Below are positions 11,707 through 25,386 of a stretch of 64,000 nt of DNA, piece after piece. Source of the stretch: Paraspadella gotoi (lineage: Eukaryota; Animalia; Chaetognatha). Position numbers and translations under genes: made by a program. Position 1 is the stretch's first letter; every line of letters starts with the position of its first letter. The stretch covers positions 3,131,061 through 3,195,060 of the forward strand of contig CM119271.1 in assembly GCA_051294375.1 (NCBI GenBank), given 5' to 3'. The notes under the pieces are model-generated. The model made no database searches. It worked only from the letters and a program-made list of their open reading frames with translations, and had not been told where the DNA came from.

Positions 11707-14700
11707 ATGGTTCTCGACCTGGACCTGTTTCGTGCCGACAAGGGCGGCGATCCCGAGAAGATCAGAGAGACGCAGCGGAAACGATACAAGGATCCGACCG
11801 TCGTCGACCGGATCATCGCCGCCGACGACGATTGGCGCAAGATGCGGTTTCGAGGTCCGTTCGTCGTTATTTTTATTGTTGTTATTATTCTTATTATTGC
11901 TGTTATTACCACAGGCGATCAGTGGAACAAGTTGAAGAATCTAGCCTCGAAAACAGTCGGGGATAAGATGAAGAAGAAAGAACCGCAAGGGGATGATGAT
12001 CAAGTTTCCGAAGAATTGATCTCGAGATTGATAGGTAGGTGAAACTGTGACTGATCCATGGGGAAAATAGTGCTCAAGAGGTGGTGGTGTCCTCGTTTAA
12101 ACGACTCGTTTTTCTTAACGAATTCGCGGCCTTCGATAAAATAAGGTGATAATTCCCTTAACTCAAACTCAGATCTGACGGCGGACGATCTTCGCGCCCT
12201 CACGGTCAAGCAAATCAAAGGATTGACCCCTCGAATCGCCGCCGAGATGAAGGCTAACGAGGAGGCCATGGCGGCCTGTGAAAAGTGAGGAAGATTGTAG
12301 GTCTAATACGCTTGGCGATATTCCTTGCGAATTATTACTTATGCCTCTCTAAAAAGGTTAATAATTTGACAGGGAAATTTTTAATATTTGAATTTTTGAA
12401 ATTTTTGAAATTTTTGATTGTCTGACCGTTTCTCTTAATGCAGGAAGCGACACGATCTCCTGTGCGGCATCGGCAATCTTCTTCACCCGTCCGTTGTCGT
12501 GCACAACGACGAAGACTTCAACGAAGTCGTCAAGACTCACGGAGATTGTCAAGGTCTTTAGATCGAATTTATGTAATGTTTTTATCTTCCCTAATTATTT
12601 TCGTACTGATAAAATAACAACTCGCCTCTCTCGCCTCAAACAGTGAAGAAAAAGTATTCTCACGTCGACTTGATCGTGATGATCGACGGCGTGGACGGAG
12701 ATCGCGGAGCCGTCGTCGCCGGAGGCCGCGGCTACTATCTCAAAGGACCCGCCGTTTTCTTGCAGCAAGCACTTATCAATCTCGCCCTGCAGACGCTTGG
12801 GGACAAAGGTGATAACGAACGTACCGTTTGATTTTGACCGTTTTTGGCCAATATCGTTGTATGATTAAGGATATAATATAATATAATATTCTCTGGTCTT
12901 AGATTACACGCCGCTTTACACGCCATTCTTTATGCGAAAGGAGGTAAATATGGATTCGCTTTTTTTTTTTTTTTGTGAAATTAATAAATTGTAGGTAACC
13001 TTTAGCAGTATTATTTTACTACTAATGTTGATTATTTAAGTCGCCGTTGTCTTATACAAATTTTTCTTCCACGATTTCCATATTCAGGTGATGCAAGAAG
13101 TGGCGCAACTTTCTCAGTTCGACGAGGAACTCTACAAAGTCGTCGGCAAGGGATCCGAAGACGCGGCCGACGCCTCCATAGATGAGAAGTACCTCATCGC
13201 CACCTCTGAGCAGCCCATCGCCGCCTTCCACCGAGACGAGTGGTTGCCCACCGATCAACTTCCTCTTCGATACGCCGGGTGCGTAATTTCAAGTTTTCCC
13301 ATATGGCAACAGCCGGGTTGCCTGTGATGCCCATTGGGATGGGGCATTTAACTGTGGGCTAAAGGGGCTTCCGACCCTCAGTGACGCATCCAGTCACTGG
13401 CGCGGTCACCCTAGGACGGTCTCGCTTTGCCAACGCAGAGGGAAGTCGTTAGGACTGTGGATGGAACAAAACGCCTGGGATGGTGTGTTCCCCCTCTGAG
13501 TCAATGGACGTGAGGCAGTGTGAATATACCACCACACCTTCTTCTTTTTTAAAAAAAAATTATCCAAATTGATCGAATTATCGTTAAATGAATTTCAATC
13601 TTAGTATTACGTAAATATATATTAATAATAATCTTAAATGCAGCTTGTCGACTTGCTTTCGCCAAGAGGTCGGATCCCACGGACGCGACACACGCGGAAT
13701 TTTTCGCGTCCACCAATTCGAGAAGGTCGAACAGTTCGTAGTCACTTCGCCGCACGACGACGAATCCTGGCGAGAGTTTGAGCGGATGCTGAGCCACGCG
13801 GAGGAGTTCAATCGCGCGTTGGGTTGGTTATCGGGGGGGAAAGGGAGACCAAATCGCGAGACATCTGTCGATTTCTGTAATCATTTAACAACGATCTATT
13901 TCTTTCCAGGTCTCCCTTATAGAATCGTTAACATCGTCTCCGGCGAACTTAATAACGCGGCCGCGAAAAAGTGCGATCTCGAAGCCTGGTTTCCCGGCCA
14001 AGTGAGTTCGCGTTCTATATAATTTGACCAACGTTTTTGATGATTAATGTCCTTTTTCCGTTTCGCCATGTCGCCAACCCTTCCCCTCTTATACCAGGGC
14101 CAGTTCCGCGAGCTGGTCTCCTGCTCCAACTGCACCGACTACCAATCGCGTCGACTCAAGATCCGCTACGGGCAAACCAAGAAGATGAACGAATCCACGG
14201 AATTCGTACACATGCTTAACGCCACCATGTAAGGCATTAAAGGGGGTAGTGGGTAAAAGGAATTGGCGGATTTGCTATGTAGGGGTAAAATACGGTAGTA
14301 GCCTTAAAAAATGCCGAGTGATGACGAAGTACGTTTGATACTTTTAATTATAATTTTTATACTGTATTTTCATTCTCTCCAATTATTAGGTGCGCTACGA
14401 CACGAACCATCTGTTGTATCCTAGAAAACTATCAAGAAGAGACGGGCGTCCGCGTTCCAGAAGCGCTCAGGCGACTTATGCCGCAGCAGTACAGCGAATT
14501 CATTCCGTTCGTTAAGGTCAGTTGCTGATTGCATCCTTGGTTTATCGTAAAAAATGGTGAAATCAATCATTTCCCCCTTTAGGAAGCGCCCATCGACCAA
14601 GAGGCGACGCAGAAACAAAAGAAACAACGAGAAGGACAAAAGAACAAAGAGAAACAAGCCAAGTCAAAGTCGGAAAATGTCGCGGAGAAAGTCGCCGAAA

Positions 14701-14723
14701 TTAACATCGGCGACGGAAGTTGA
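11707..14723 (+). CDS. SARS1: Cytoplasmic seryl-tRNA synthetase, spliced
   Basis: [29 protein letters not shown]; YLIATSEQP; [30 protein letters not shown]; [16 protein letters not shown]; [16 protein letters not shown]. Confidence 0.98.
13302..13536 (-). mobile_element. Intronic family-A element copy 2 (SARS1 intron)
   Basis: Closely similar to 2011-2250 and 45035-45289, with a short internal deletion; TSD not preserved (CCCA/CCTT). Confidence 0.85.
13354..13434 (-). ncRNA. Type-P5 twister ribozyme-like motif (cleavage-site UAA changed to UGA)
   Basis: Minus strand: GTTGGC aaa GCGA GA CCG TCCTAGGG TGA CCGC GC CAGTGAC..GTCACTG A GGGT CGG AAGC CCCT tta GCCCAC. Confidence 0.68.
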
Positions 14724-14966
14724 TGAAAAGATATTCAATACTGGAAAACCTTGAATCCACTGAAAACTGCTCGTCGCTAGTTATTAATTAAAATTTAAAC
14801 AACTTTTATACAGATTTATCCCAAAAAAGTTTCGTTGTACGCTTTTGTAGATTCTAGCTCTCGACACTCCCAAAGATCGTCGGTATTTTGCTTGCGAGAA
14901 TCCCCAAGTACCGGCAGAAAAGTCAAATGCGTTTCGTTATTTAAAACTTGAAAAGACGAAATAAAT

Positions 14967-17169
14967 ATGATGGGATTTCGTTTCGCTCTCCTCTTTTCCT
15001 GCCTTGCCGTCACGTGGGGTGGAGATAACGCGGGAGCGAAGGACCCGGGCCTCGAGGATTACTTTGCCAACGGTCACGTACAGTATTTGCAGCCGGATCA
15101 AGTCCACCTCTCATACTGGGGAGATCCTACCGAGATGTGGGTCACTTGGGTAAGGTGGAGAATTTTATCTCTCGAACAAAACCCTGTTTCCACAACCGCC
15201 CTCTTTTTCTCACTAAAGGTGACTTTGAGCAACTCCACCGAAGACGGCGTACTCGTACAGTCCTTCGTCCAGTACGGCCCCGACGGATTCACCCACACGG
15301 CCGAGGGCAACTTCACAGGCTTCACTGATCAGGGTGACGAGAAGCGAAAGATTTACGTGCACCGGGCGAGATTAACCAAACTCGTGCCCAACACAAGGTA
15401 ATCTTTTTTTTTTTTATAAAGCGAAAGGTTCCTGGTTAACGCTGTATTTTAATCATGTTTTTCCAGATACATGTACCACGTTGGAGGACCTCGCACCGGC
15501 TGGAGCAACCTTTTCTTTTTCCGCTCCATCGAATCCGGGAACCGGTGGTCCCCTCGGTTCGCCGTTTACGGAGATTTGGGTGAGTTACTGAGCGTTGGCT
15601 AACTAATCTTCCCTTTCCTACAGCAGCGACGTTTTCCATTTACCCTTTTACGACTCACCCAGGCAACGAGTACGGCTACTCCATAGCCCCTCTCCAAACT
15701 GAGGCGTCGCTCGGTCACTTTGACGCCGTCCTCCACGTCGGCGACATGGCTTACGATCTGGCGCAGGACAACGCCCGATTCGGAGACGAGTTCATGCGGC
15801 AGATGCAGCCCGTCGCCGCCCTCGTGCCTTATATGACCTGTCCGGGAAACCACGAGTCGCACTACGATTTTTTGAATTATAAGAATCGTTTTTCTATGCC
15901 CGGTGGGGGGGGGAATCGGTGGGCTAAAAATTACGGAGGGGAAGAAGAATTAATTTTAATTTCAAATATTTAAATATTTTATGGATTTATATATAAAAAA
16001 ATGTTCTTTTAACAATTTGTTAAATTTCTGCTTAATTTACCCAGGCAACCACGTTCCTGGCCAAGAGAACATGTTCTACTCTGTCAACATTGGTCCCGTT
16101 CACGTCGTCGCCGTCTCCACCGAATTTTTTTACTTCACTCAGTTCGGATGGAAGCGGATCGCCGATCAATACGACTGGTTGATCTCGGGTATTACGCCGT
16201 TTTCCTTCCTTCAACCCCAACCGCTTTTTTTTTTTCTCGTTAATTCTTCGCCGTTCCTTTTCCTCAGATTTGGAAGAGGCGTCGAGGGAAGAAAATCTGC
16301 GCAACCAGCCTTGGATTGTAGTGATGGGTCATCGACCTCCTTACTGCGACGTCAACGACGATTCGGAGATGTGCGTGGAATCCAACATGGTCCGGACTGG
16401 ACTGCCCGCCATCAAGGCAAGAACGAGGAGACCATGGTTGCAAGGACAAAAATGCGCCCTCTTTTTGCTTTGTCGTGAAAAGGTTTTCTTTCTACAGGCG
16501 TACGGGTTCGAAGATATTCTTTACAAGTACGGAGTCGATATGGCGTTTTGGGCTCACGAACACGCATACGAGAGGTAGGAAACCTTGCATAATTTATGTG
16601 AACTTCAGTAAATTGATAGGTTTTCTGCTGACTGATAATACCTGAGGCATGACGCTTTATGATAGGACTTTCCCCGTTTACAATCACACCGTGATGAATG
16701 GATCGTGGGTGGATCCGTACGACAACCCCGGCGCCACGGTTCATATTATCAACGGCGCTGCCGGAAATCGGGAGAAAAACGATGGTAAATATAAGAGGAA
16801 ATAATTGCTAATATTTTATACTAATTTACTAATTACTTAATCATATATCTTTTAGGGTTTTTGAAGAAACCATGGTCGTGGTCGGCGTTCAGGAATTCCG
16901 ATTTTGGTTACGGCCGCATGATCGTTTTCAACCACACGCATTTGTAAGCTTTACAAAATCCCCAAGTATGGTGTTCTTACATAGTAAAGCATTTGGCCTC
17001 TATGCATGTTCCAATGTTCTAAAGGTATTACGAGCAAGTCTCCGCAGAAAAGGGGACCGTCATCGATCGAGTCATGTTGAAGAAGAATCTTCACGGACCG
17101 AAAGCCTTTAAAGGCTGGAAAAGAAGAAATTCGAGGAGTTTGAGGAGAAATGCCGAATCTAGGCGGTGA
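14967..17169 (+). CDS. ACP7: Secreted purple acid phosphatase (acid phosphatase type 7), spliced
   Basis: Signal peptide; QPDQVHLSYWG; FAVYGDLG; LHVGDMAYD; PYMTCPGNHE; VMGHRP; AHEHAYER. Confidence 0.93.
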
Positions 17170-17660
17170 AAGCGAAGTCGGGAGGACAAGTAGCTGAAAA
17201 AAAGCCAAAGATGTCGTGCGAAGAGAAGAGAACAAAAAAGAAAAGCTCAACTAGTCGATCAAATCCCTAATCAATCGCCGTAATTTCCCTTAACGGCTCA
17301 TCCCGCACCAAACTTTGCAAATCAAAAACAAATGAACCTTGGTGTATATTATCTGTGATGGTCTCTCCACCCCTCTTTTTATGACACACTTCGTAAAATA
17401 TTTGATTACCTTTTTTAGATTTTCTCACCCGTTTTACAAGTTTCCCTCTATCCCTCGATTACATTCCTCAATTGTTTTTATTTTAATTTTTAATTTGTGT
17501 TCTTCACTTCTGTCTTTTCATTTATCGTTTTGTTCCAGGCTAACTAAAATACTATGACAACGGGACGCACTTGTCGCTTCATTTATTCTCATCTAGGAAA
17601 ATCGCGTTTTCGAAACGATTAAATTCTCGTTGCCAATTAAACCTTATCTGACCTGACGAC

Positions 17661-18962
17661 ATGCCTCAGACGATTTTTCCTTCATCCAACGCCGCGTTGT
17701 ATTGCTCATGTTGCGGGAACCCTCTCCTTATCGGTACCGGTCGCCCGTCGCTTATTCCAAGCGGGCATCGCTTCTTTCTTCTCCTCCTTTTCTTATTCGT
17801 CGTGGTTTTCGCCGCGTTCAGCGTCTCCGTCTTGACGTCTCTGAGTCGTATGGAGTTGGCCTTCCACCGGTTGGCCCGCCTTTCCGACCAAGGCAAGGAT
17901 TATTCTGAGCAGAACCAGTGATTGTTGGGGGTAAAGGCTGATTCGAAAACCGACTTTGCCTTTTTTCCTCCTGCAGATTGTGGAAAACTCTCCACCAAAT
18001 GTTGTGACAACTACCGAGGAGAAATTCAGAGAGACCCATCGAATGTCGTCATACTGAGAAAAAAACGAACAATTCCCTCCGCTTCGGAAGCCTGCGTTTG
18101 CCCCACCGGCCCGCCTGGTCCGCCTGGCAAACGCGGCCGCAAGGGAGAGACAGTTCACGGGGAGCCAGGATTTCCGGGCCCCATGGGCTTCAACGGGACC
18201 AAGGGCGATCCCGGCGAAAAGGGTGATAAAGGAGAAAATGGGTTCAAGGGCGAGCCGGGATTGACTGGCTTCGACGGTTTGCCCGGTTCGCCTGGCCCAC
18301 AGGGATCGCCGGGCATACCCGGCGGCATGACCCAGCAAGAGTTTATAAAGATTAAAGGGGAACCTGGCTCAATCGGGCATCCCGGAGTCGCGGGTGGAAA
18401 GGGCGAGCCTGGACTGGATGGGTTCGATGGGCTTCCAGGCTCTCCCGGGCCCGTCGGTCCTCCAGGGCCGCCCTGCCAACAGACGGTCGCTGACACGATT
18501 AAACATCTTCAACTCTTAGGACTTAAATCGACCAAGGACGCTTTTCATGGCCGAGGATCCGGAGGTCGGCCAGGTCCTCCTGGGCCACCGGGACCCCGCG
18601 GGCAAAAGGGTGAATATGGGTTTCCGGGGCCGCAGGGTCCAGTTGGGGGCATTGGACCTCAAGGGAAGAAAGGGGGCATCGGGGACCCTGGGACCAAGGG
18701 GCAGAAGGGAGACGAGGGTCCAAACGGGCGGATTGGGTCAACGGGGTCTCGGGGATCGCTCGGTCCGCCCGGGGAACCAGGTCCCCGTGGATTGCCCGGT
18801 CCAAAGGGCGACCCAGGAGAAATGGGACCGCAAGGAGCGCCCGGGCTTGATGCGCCGTGCCCGTTGGGCCGCGACGGATTGCCCCTGCCCGGTTGTGGAT
18901 GGCGACCTCTTTACGCCGAGGAGGAGGAAGAGAAGGAATTTTATGTGACGAAGTTGAACTGA
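17661..18962 (+). CDS. Type II transmembrane MACIT collagen (COL13/23/25-like), 2 exons
   Basis: N-terminal hydrophobic segment [16 protein letters not shown]; furin-type RKKR; interrupted Gly-X-Y domains; C-terminal [20 protein letters not shown] typical of MACITs; single intron at ~17919-17976. Confidence 0.85.
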
Positions 18963-19278
18963 GCCTCTTTGACTACATTTTTTCATTAAGTATTTACGTT
19001 TTCTCGATCTCACTCACTCATTGAAACATACTCCAAGATTTTTACTGTATTTATTTTACTTTTTTACATTCCCTAACAAATACACATCACGTTATCGTCT
19101 TACGCTTATTATTGTAAGACGATTTTACTCTTGTTAAGTTTACAACACTGCAACACGCTCGTATGTTACTTTTTAACGTTGCATGACCTTTCCGCCATAA
19201 AAATTTGTTACCGTCCAATTTCTTCGCATTTACTAGCAGAAATATAGCCAGGAGAAATAAATAGATTATAAAGATGCG

Positions 19279-22200
19279 ATGTCTTTGTCGGCCATGTCCA
19301 AAATCCGACTTTTGTCTCGCTGTCGTCGCCGAATCTTCTTTCTCGACGAAACTGTCCCTCTCACTCGCCCTCTGTCGTCGACGAAAGCTTATCGAGGCAT
19401 CCGCCCGCTCAGCGATAACTCCACTGGCTTCGTCTACACTTCTCGGACGTTTTCTCGATATCAACGCCTTTCCTGTCCCGTCGTCGCTCCACCCTCCCGT
19501 CTCGCCTCCACCACCGCCTCCTCCTCCGCGTCGAGACCATGGTCGACGTCCGGGTCCTTCGCGGTGGCCAACGCGGCCGTCGAGGCAGCCTACGACCCAT
19601 CGAGTCTCAAGCGCCTGCGTCCGGTAAACGCGGAGGCGGCGTGCCTTCGGAGTCGCGAGATCGACGACGTCGGAGGGGAGTACTTCCGGTGCCTATTCAC
19701 GCCTGAGTTCGAATTGGTCGTCGACGCCTTCAGGAGAAACGGGTTCTCGCTGAGAATCGTTGGTAAGTGGGAGAAAGGATATGGTTTGGTCCGGTTTAGA
19801 TGGTGGCCAGAGACATGACCCACGTGACCTAAAACGTCCTCCATACATCATATTTTTTTGTTTAAGTTCGACCAATTCGATGAGAGATGCATTTATTTAC
19901 CCGGTCATTTTGTAGGCCCATTAAACTAATAAATTTTAATTAAACGAATGGCCCAAAAAATAAAAAAATTCGTGATTTGAGAATAAAACGTCAAAAAAAA
20001 AAGTTCCGATGATGAATCTTCACAAGTTTCTTCCCCATAATTAAACCACTAAAATTACCAGATTGAGTCTCTCTAAAGACTTCATTTTACATTGTTATTT
20101 CAGGCGGCACGGTCCGCGACCTACTCCAAGGCATCCGCCCTTACGATTTGGATCTCGTCACCGACGCCACCATCGACGACGTCAAACTCATTTTCGACGA
20201 CGACCGCTACCACGACGACGACAACGGCAACGATAATGGCCGCCGAGGTTCTCGAAGCGGCGGCGGAGTCAAATTCGCTCAGACGGTGCTGGGCGATAGT
20301 CATGGCTCGCTCAAGGTCAGGATTCCATGCCTTGGTCAATGATTATCGAGTATTCGCCGTCGATTGAGATTCCATTTCTTCAGATTCGCGTCAACGATAA
20401 ACAAGAGTTCGAGATCACGTCGATGCGCGTCGATCCGGCGTTGGACGGCGCACTCTTGGGTCGACGCGACGGCGCTGGGGCCGGCGTCGAGTGGATCCTG
20501 GATTCGTCGCGCAGAGATTTCACCGTCAATTCAATGTTAGAGGGGGGGTAGGAAGTTTTACAAAATGTTTTTTTTTTAAACCGGAATACGACGGGAGGGA
20601 CAAAACCGAGCTGCCAACTAAACATAGTTAGCCTGTTAGTTTTGATAATCAAAGCGCATAGAGAAAGGATTTCGCCATCTCGGTTTTCTTTTTCTAAATC
20701 GTTTTCCATTTGCCTCTACGTCCCCCAGCTATTTAACCCTCGACGGAACTCTCCACGATCACCACGGCGGCGAAGCTGACTTGGAGGCGCGGAGGGTTGC
20801 CTTCGTCGGCAATCCCGACGACCGGATCAAGGAGGACTTCGTCCGGATCCTCCGCTACTTCAGATTCTACGGGAAAATCAGCCGTGAGTGAGTTTTATCG
20901 AGCGAGACGTTTATATCGATCGTCGATCGGGCGGGAAAATTTAGCGAAAGAGAGAAAATTGTAGCTAATTGAACCTTTTTCGTTCTTCGCAGATCGCGAC
21001 GCTGAGATGGACCCCAAGATTCTCGCCACCATCGTCTCAAACGTCTCCGGCCTCAAATTCGTCTCGCCACGGAGGATTTGGGTGGAGCTGAAGAAGATGG
21101 TCGTCGGGAAGAAAGCGGCGGAAGTGCTGACGAGTAATTCCCCGAAGGAGACATGCTTTTTAAATCAAAATAAATTTGCTTATTCGTTAGTCTAGGGTTA
21201 GCTTGTGTCAGAGATAGATTCTTAGAATAATACTAAATGAAATTGAGATTTCATTAATCTCATTTGCATATAGTAGTAAATCATTTTGAGTCCCTCTTCT
21301 AGACTTGCCTCATGTAGTAGTTAATTTACCGTTTCCGTTGGTTTTGATGAGCAGTAATTTTTGTAGGATGGCTCACCTTGATACGGCATGGATCGGCTTA
21401 ATGTTTGTCAGTGGTTCAAAGACAGTTCTGATATAATGATTCATAACCTGCAGCAAATATTCGGGCAGCACTAATCAATCAAGCGATCAAGGGAGGGCTT
21501 AATATAAAATCACTTAAAACATCTTAAACGGATTAAAACGTTTGAAACTTTTTAAAAACTTGATTTGCATTAAAGGAAAAGGGGTTAACACAATTTGTAC
21601 AAACTAATACGTAACGATAGTCAATTAAAATTCATTACAAATAGGAAATGTTGACAGTTTCAGTGATTCTTCAAAAAGTTTTAAACCTCAAAATTGAAAT
21701 GCGGGGGAAAAAAATTGAAAGACCTTAACTCTACAAAGTAGTTCTTTTTCTTTTTAATCCAGAGATGCACGAACTCGAACTCCTTCGGCCGATCGGGTTC
21801 CCCTACACCTATTCGGAGCAAGACATGGCGAGATTTCGAGACACTTGCGCCCGCACGTCTGGTCTTCGCCCTCACGCTTGCACGATGCTCGCCGATTTTT
21901 TCGACAATGACTCGCAGGTGGCGAGATTCGCCGATCGGCTGACGCTGACCAGAGACGAGAAGAATCTTTTGTCGTTCTTGGTCAAGCACAGGTTAGGACC
22001 GCGATCGGTGGCTCTAGATATTTTAAGAAGTGAGTTTTGATTAAAACCCGGTTAATTTTCACAACAAACCAGAGATTGTGAAGCGCTTTCAAGACCCCTC
22101 CCGCTCCCGTTTTCGGTGCAATCCTTACTTTTTTAGCCCGGATCGCTTTCGGTTTCGAGTGCACATCGCTTCCTTCTTTTAGAAATTTTATATTTGTTAT

Positions 22201-25200
22201 TATTTATAAAAATACTCTCTTTAGACATGTAATTCATTGGTAGAATATTTTAAACAATCTTTTTGTTAATAAATAACAAGTGAAATTTTTATTATGAAAA
22301 ATTGTAAGATTTGTAAGATTGTAATAATCGTTCGAGTGGAAATGAGTTTAAATGAAAAAAAACAACAAACCTTTTTCCCTATTTGCGCTTTTCTTTTTAT
22401 TAAATAATAAATACAAGCTGCATTAATTATTCAATTGATCAATTAATTAATCAATCAATCAATCAACTAAACAACTAATCAATCAAAATCACTTAAAAAT
22501 TAATGAATCAATTTTTATCAATAATAAATTAAATAAACAATTAATTTATCAATCAACTAATTAATAAATTTATTTATCAATAAATTATTAAAAGAACTAA
22601 TTAATTAATTAATTAATCAATCAATTAATCAATCAATTAAACAATGTCAGTGTTATCATTGTCATCTCCAACGTCGTTGTTGCTTTTGTCCTGGTCAGTG
22701 ACCTGACAAAAAGACCTAAAAATTAACAGGCCTGATATGAATTTATTTTATTTGATCAATCAATCATTCAATTAATCATGATGGTGCTATCCTCGTTGTC
22801 ATCATAATCATCATCAGGGTCGTCATTTCTTTTGTCATAATGAAAAGACAAAAAAAACAAACAAGTTTGAGCTAACAATGCCAGAACTGATCAATTAATT
22901 AATTATTCAATCAATTAATCAAATATTCAATCAATCAATCAAAAAATTAAGCAATCAATCAATTTGTCATCGTCGGTATTATCATTGTCGTGGTTGCCAT
23001 CATTAATTATTTATTTAATTAAACTCCTTTATCTTTGTTGTACATTGCAAAACTGTATCTTTATCATTTATTTATCCTTGTTGTTTTGTTTCTCTCTCAC
23101 TCTCTCTCTCTCTTTAACAAGTTTCACTTCTTTTCACAACTCACTCAATCTGGCCTTACCTTCAACCTGTCCTCACATCTGACCACTATTCTGCTCACCA
23201 CTTTGTTGGGAAAACTTTTACCTTTTCTCTTTCTTTCTCTCTCTCTCACACTCTTCTTTTACACAAATTTATTATTGAATGTCATATGCTGATGAAGGCT
23301 TGAAGTAAACAAGCCGAAACATGTCCAACTATTAATTAAAATCGTTGTTACAAATTCAAAATTCTTTGCTTTCTCTAAATTAATTAATTGAAATATTTTT
23401 ATAATGTTTGCGGTGACTCAAAACAAAAATTTATAGAAAGATTTGAGGCGTGTTTTTTGTGATAAAGAAAACCTGGTATTATCAAAAACAGTAAAAAAGT
23501 AAAAATGATAAAAATAATAACAACAACAACTAGTATTTACATTGGCTGAGAAAAAGGTCAGCCATAACAAGATTGGGTAAAAACAGGACATTCTTATTGA
23601 CCACTACTGTACTACGGCTCACAAAGTACAAAGACTTCGTCGTCGTTTTCGTCATTGTATTCATCGTCGTTGTCGTCTTTGTTCAAATCATTTGAGCTCC
23701 AAATGTTCGATGTTATTATTTTAATTAATTATATGTAATTAATTAAATAATTTATTTTTTTTAATTAATTAATCAATTAATTACCGCTAATGATCGTGGG
23801 CAGATCCGGCATTGTTTGCTCAAACTTTTTATATAATTTTTGATTTATTTATTTTATATATTTTTTTTATTTGCTTTTTTGTTCAGTGCAAGAGGGGGAA
23901 AAAAAAGAAGATAGAGAGAGAGTGTGTGTTAGAGATTTAAGTATGTATAAGCATAATATTATGCAATATTGCCAATAAAACAGATCAATCCTTTTGGTTT
24001 AAACTTGTTTGTAACATGAAAATGTTATGGATTTAAAAAAAAGACTTAAATTTAAAGAAAAATAATAAAAATATAAGAAATAAAATTTTAGTTTTATAGA
24101 ATTAAAAAAGTTTAATTTAAATTTTAATTTAAGTTAATTAGTTTTTTTCAGATAGAAAAAATCTTTTTTTAGCTCAGATTTTATTTGAATATATTAAAAA
24201 GAATAATTAAAAAAATAAATATGTAATTTTTTTTCATAGATTCTCGACCAAAGAGGAAAAGAGAATAAAAGAGAACAAAAAATAAAAGAAGAGAATAAGA
24301 AAAAGTGAATAAAAAATTAGGAGCAAACAATTTTAAATGTTGAAAATAAATATTGAAAACAAATTTTTAAAAGAAAAATCAAGAAAGAGCAGGGGGTTGC
24401 AAAGATTTTAATACATTAAATACCTTTCATTTCTAACCAATAAAAACAAATGACCAGGAAGCGAACACGCAGGGTTATTATAGCTTCGCGTTCAATCCTT
24501 TATTCTCAATTTTTCTATCGCTCCCGGTTTCGGGTTCTTCAAAAATCGGCCGCTCCACAGTTTCGGTTTCGCTTTCCGGATCGCGTTCACATCTCTGCAA
24601 CAAACCTTTGAAACAAGGCAAAGATTCTGAGGTTTTGTCATTAAAAATGATGCAATCACGATCATTTTTCCTCTTTTTCCCAAGAAACCGACGCGAACTC
24701 CCGGAGAGCCTCCGCGACTGCGAGGACCTTCACAGCGTGAAGACCTTTGAGGACATGATCATCGCGGATCAATGGCCTCCCGGCCGTGCCATTCGGGTCA
24801 AGGAACACGTGGTGGAACTCTTCAAGCATCGTGGTTATCACCACTGGATACTGGGCGATAACTGGAGATCCTCGATCGAAGGATTCAAAGAATGGCACCC
24901 ACCCTTACTTCCCGTTTCATTTTACGACGTCGTGCAGGTGTTTTTTCGAAGGGTTAAACTTTTCAACATCGGTGCAACAATAACAGTTTAATTGTATTTA
25001 ATTGTATTGTATTTAAAGATGGGCGTGAGCGGATCGAGTCACGACTGGCGCGAGCTCTTCCACCGGTTGCTCGACGACTGGAAAAAGAACTCGTATCGCA
25101 CGAGTCGAGAAGAACTGTTGGAGAAACTCGCCGAGGAGATGGCACAGTTGCAGGATTCTAATACAGAGAATGGGACCGACGGATCGACTCAAAGATTGAA

Positions 25201-25276
25201 CGGTTACACGCGAAAGAAATCATGGACTCGTCACAACGTCAACTTTGGATCGAGAATGAAACGTTTTTCGTCCTGA
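19279..25276 (+). CDS. TRNT1: CCA tRNA nucleotidyltransferase 1 with mitochondrial-type N-terminus, spliced; ~2.7-kb intron at ~21991-24685
   Basis: LRIVGGTVRDLL..YDLDLVTDA; FEITSMRVD; RRDFTVNSM; RIKEDFVRILRYFRF; VSPRRIWVEL. Confidence 0.9.
22300..24420. repeat. Very AT-rich low-complexity tract with degenerate (ATCA/TTAA)n and ~140-bp decayed tandem units, inside the TRNT1 intron
   Basis: Runs of ATCAATCAATTAA; similar blocks at ~22620-22740 and ~22760-22890. Confidence 0.6.
23284..23330 (+). ncRNA. Minimal type I hammerhead ribozyme (Penelope-like pLTR type)
   Basis: CTGATGA-A-GGCTTG aagtaaa CAAGCC-GAAAC-AT-GTC: intact core, 6-bp stem II, palindromic ACATGT stem III, GUC cleavage triplet; stem I only 2 bp. 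Confidence 0.75.
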
Positions 25277-25386
25277 CTTTTCTTTTAAATCGATCCCCTC
25301 CCCTTTCCGCCATTGGAAACTTTTGTTGAATCGTTGTTGTTACAGTTTTGCCCCGAAGCAAGTCCACAGTCGTTGGATTTTCAACT

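Noticed and set aside
14232-14389. Intronic C/D snoRNA in SARS1 (GTGATGA)
   Set aside because: No downstream CTGA D box or terminal stem seen.
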